64,000 nucleotides of DNA from Squalus acanthias (Eukaryota): NCBI GenBank assembly GCA_030390025.1, contig CM059432.1:138076001-138140000 (forward strand), written 5' to 3'. A program made the translations under genes and the position numbers. A model generated the notes under the pieces. The model saw only the letters and a program-made list of their open reading frames with translations. It was not told the DNA's origin and ran no database searches. Within the stretch, counting starts at the first letter, position 1; every line of letters begins with the position of its first letter. Below are positions 62,284-64,000 of the stretch, piece by piece.

Positions 62284-64000
62284 GTAACCTTTAATACCCT
62301 TGCCTAACAAAAATCTATCAATCTCAGTTTTGAAATTTTCAATTGACCCCCAGCCTCAACTGTTTTTTGGGGGAGAGAGTTCCAGATTTCCACTACCCAT
62401 TGTGTGAAGAAGTGTTTCTGACATCACCAGCGAATGGCCAAGCTCTAATTTTAAAGTTATGCCCCCTTGTTCTGGACTCCCCCCACCAGAGGAAATAGTT
62501 TCTCTCTATCTACCCCATCAACTCCTTTAATTATCTTATACACCTCAATTAGATCACCCCTTAATCTTCTATACTCAAGTTAAACATTTTAACAATTTCA
62601 AACGCCGAGGTTTAAATGCTCCTAGAGTGTCTGGACATGATGCTGGAGCCGTCATGGGGCAGGCTTGATGGACGAGATGGTCTTTTCCTGCCCATCAATT
62701 TCAGCTGTTCGTGTCTCATGCTGACAGCAGCAGAATTGCCCCGGTCGGCCTCATGTAAATGTTTTCCGACTGCTCATGGTGCTTATTCCCACCTGCGGTT
62801 GGGATCTCGGCACAGAAATGCGGTGGGTTTGTGGGGGGTGGAGGGGTTTGAATGCTGCTGCGAGATTGAATTCCTGCAGCAACTTAAAGGGCCAGGCAGC
62901 CTCACCCAGCTGGAATCATTTTACTCACCCCGCTACTCTGCCAAAAATTGAAGCAGTTAGGTATTGTTTAGCATCAGTCCCTCACTCCATTATAGTGCCT
63001 GCTTCAGGCCTTTAAAGCTTCCTCCGCGTTTCCCGTTGCCTGGTAACACTGTACACCTGTTGAATGCTGGCGGAAGTAGTATCCAGTGTCACTCAGGCAG
63101 TAATGACGGAGGATGGGACATATAATGCCGCTGTGGCATTACTGCCTTATTTAATTAGACTCATGCAGCACAGTACAAGGCCATTCGGCCCATCGTGCCT
63201 GCACTGGCTCTTTGAAAGAGCTATCCAATTAGTCCCACTCCCCCCTGCTCTTTCCCCATAGCACTGCAAATTTTTCCTTTTCAAGTATTTATTCAAGCCC
63301 GTGTCCTAACTCGCACCAAGTCCCGTTCACCCATCACCCCTGTGCTCGCTGACCTACATTGGCTCCCGGTTAAGCAACGCCTCGATTTTAAAATTCTCAT
63401 CCTTGTTTTCAAATCCTCCATGGCCTCGCCCCCCTCCCTATCTCTGTAATCTCTTCTATTGAATCTGCTTCCACCACCCTTTCAGGCAGCGCATTCCAGA
63501 TCACAACAACTCGCTAAGTAACAAAAACATCCTCCTCATCTCACCCTCTGGTTCTTTTGCCAATTATTTTAAATCTGTGTCCTCTGGTTACCGACCCTTC
63601 CGCCAGTGGAAACAGTTTCTCCTTATTTACTCTATCAAAACTGTTGATATATGGGCAGGCGCAAATTCAGTTATGTAGAGAGATTGGAGAAGCTGGGGTT
63701 GTTCTCTTTAGAAACTGTTTTCAGTGGTAGAAGGGTCGGTAACCAGAGGGCACAGATTTAAGGTAATTGGCAAAAGAACCAGAGACGACATGAGGAAAAA
63801 AATGTTTACGCGGTGAGTTGTCATGACAGCAGGTGTGAGGAGCTCATGGACTTCTTTGTCTCTAAGATTGAGACCATCCGTTCAGCTGCCTCTGCCACTT
63901 CCCTTCCTTCCCCTAGCCCACAGGGCCAAACTTCCTCGAAGGATCCCCCCTGCCCTAGCCGTGAACTCGCATCTTTCTCCAGTTTCTCTCCGATCTCCCC

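Overview
Vertebrate genomic DNA, most likely from a cartilaginous fish (shark), judged from its repeats: HE1/V-SINE, HER1-type CR1, SacSINE1-like DeuSINE and L2. The only host gene is ZNF516 on the + strand. It has two large coding exons (acceptor 38852, CDS about 39004/39097..40939; 59734..61311) joined by an 18.8-kb phase-1 intron. They encode nine C2H2 fingers plus PLDLT and RRTGPPP CtBP-binding motifs, and the 3' exons lie beyond the window. Most of the remaining sequence is decayed LINE/SINE DNA. It also holds PIF/Harbinger-like MITEs with 3-bp TSDs, Tigger-like TA MITEs, and two families of short Penelope-like elements. The most notable signals are (1) seven minimal type I hammerhead ribozyme motifs in those Penelope-like elements, several in fold-back insertions with clean TSDs, and (2) a vestigial zinc finger at the start of the second ZNF516 coding exon. 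Family names come from recall of consensus sequences, not database searches. Repeat boundaries without TSDs are approximate.
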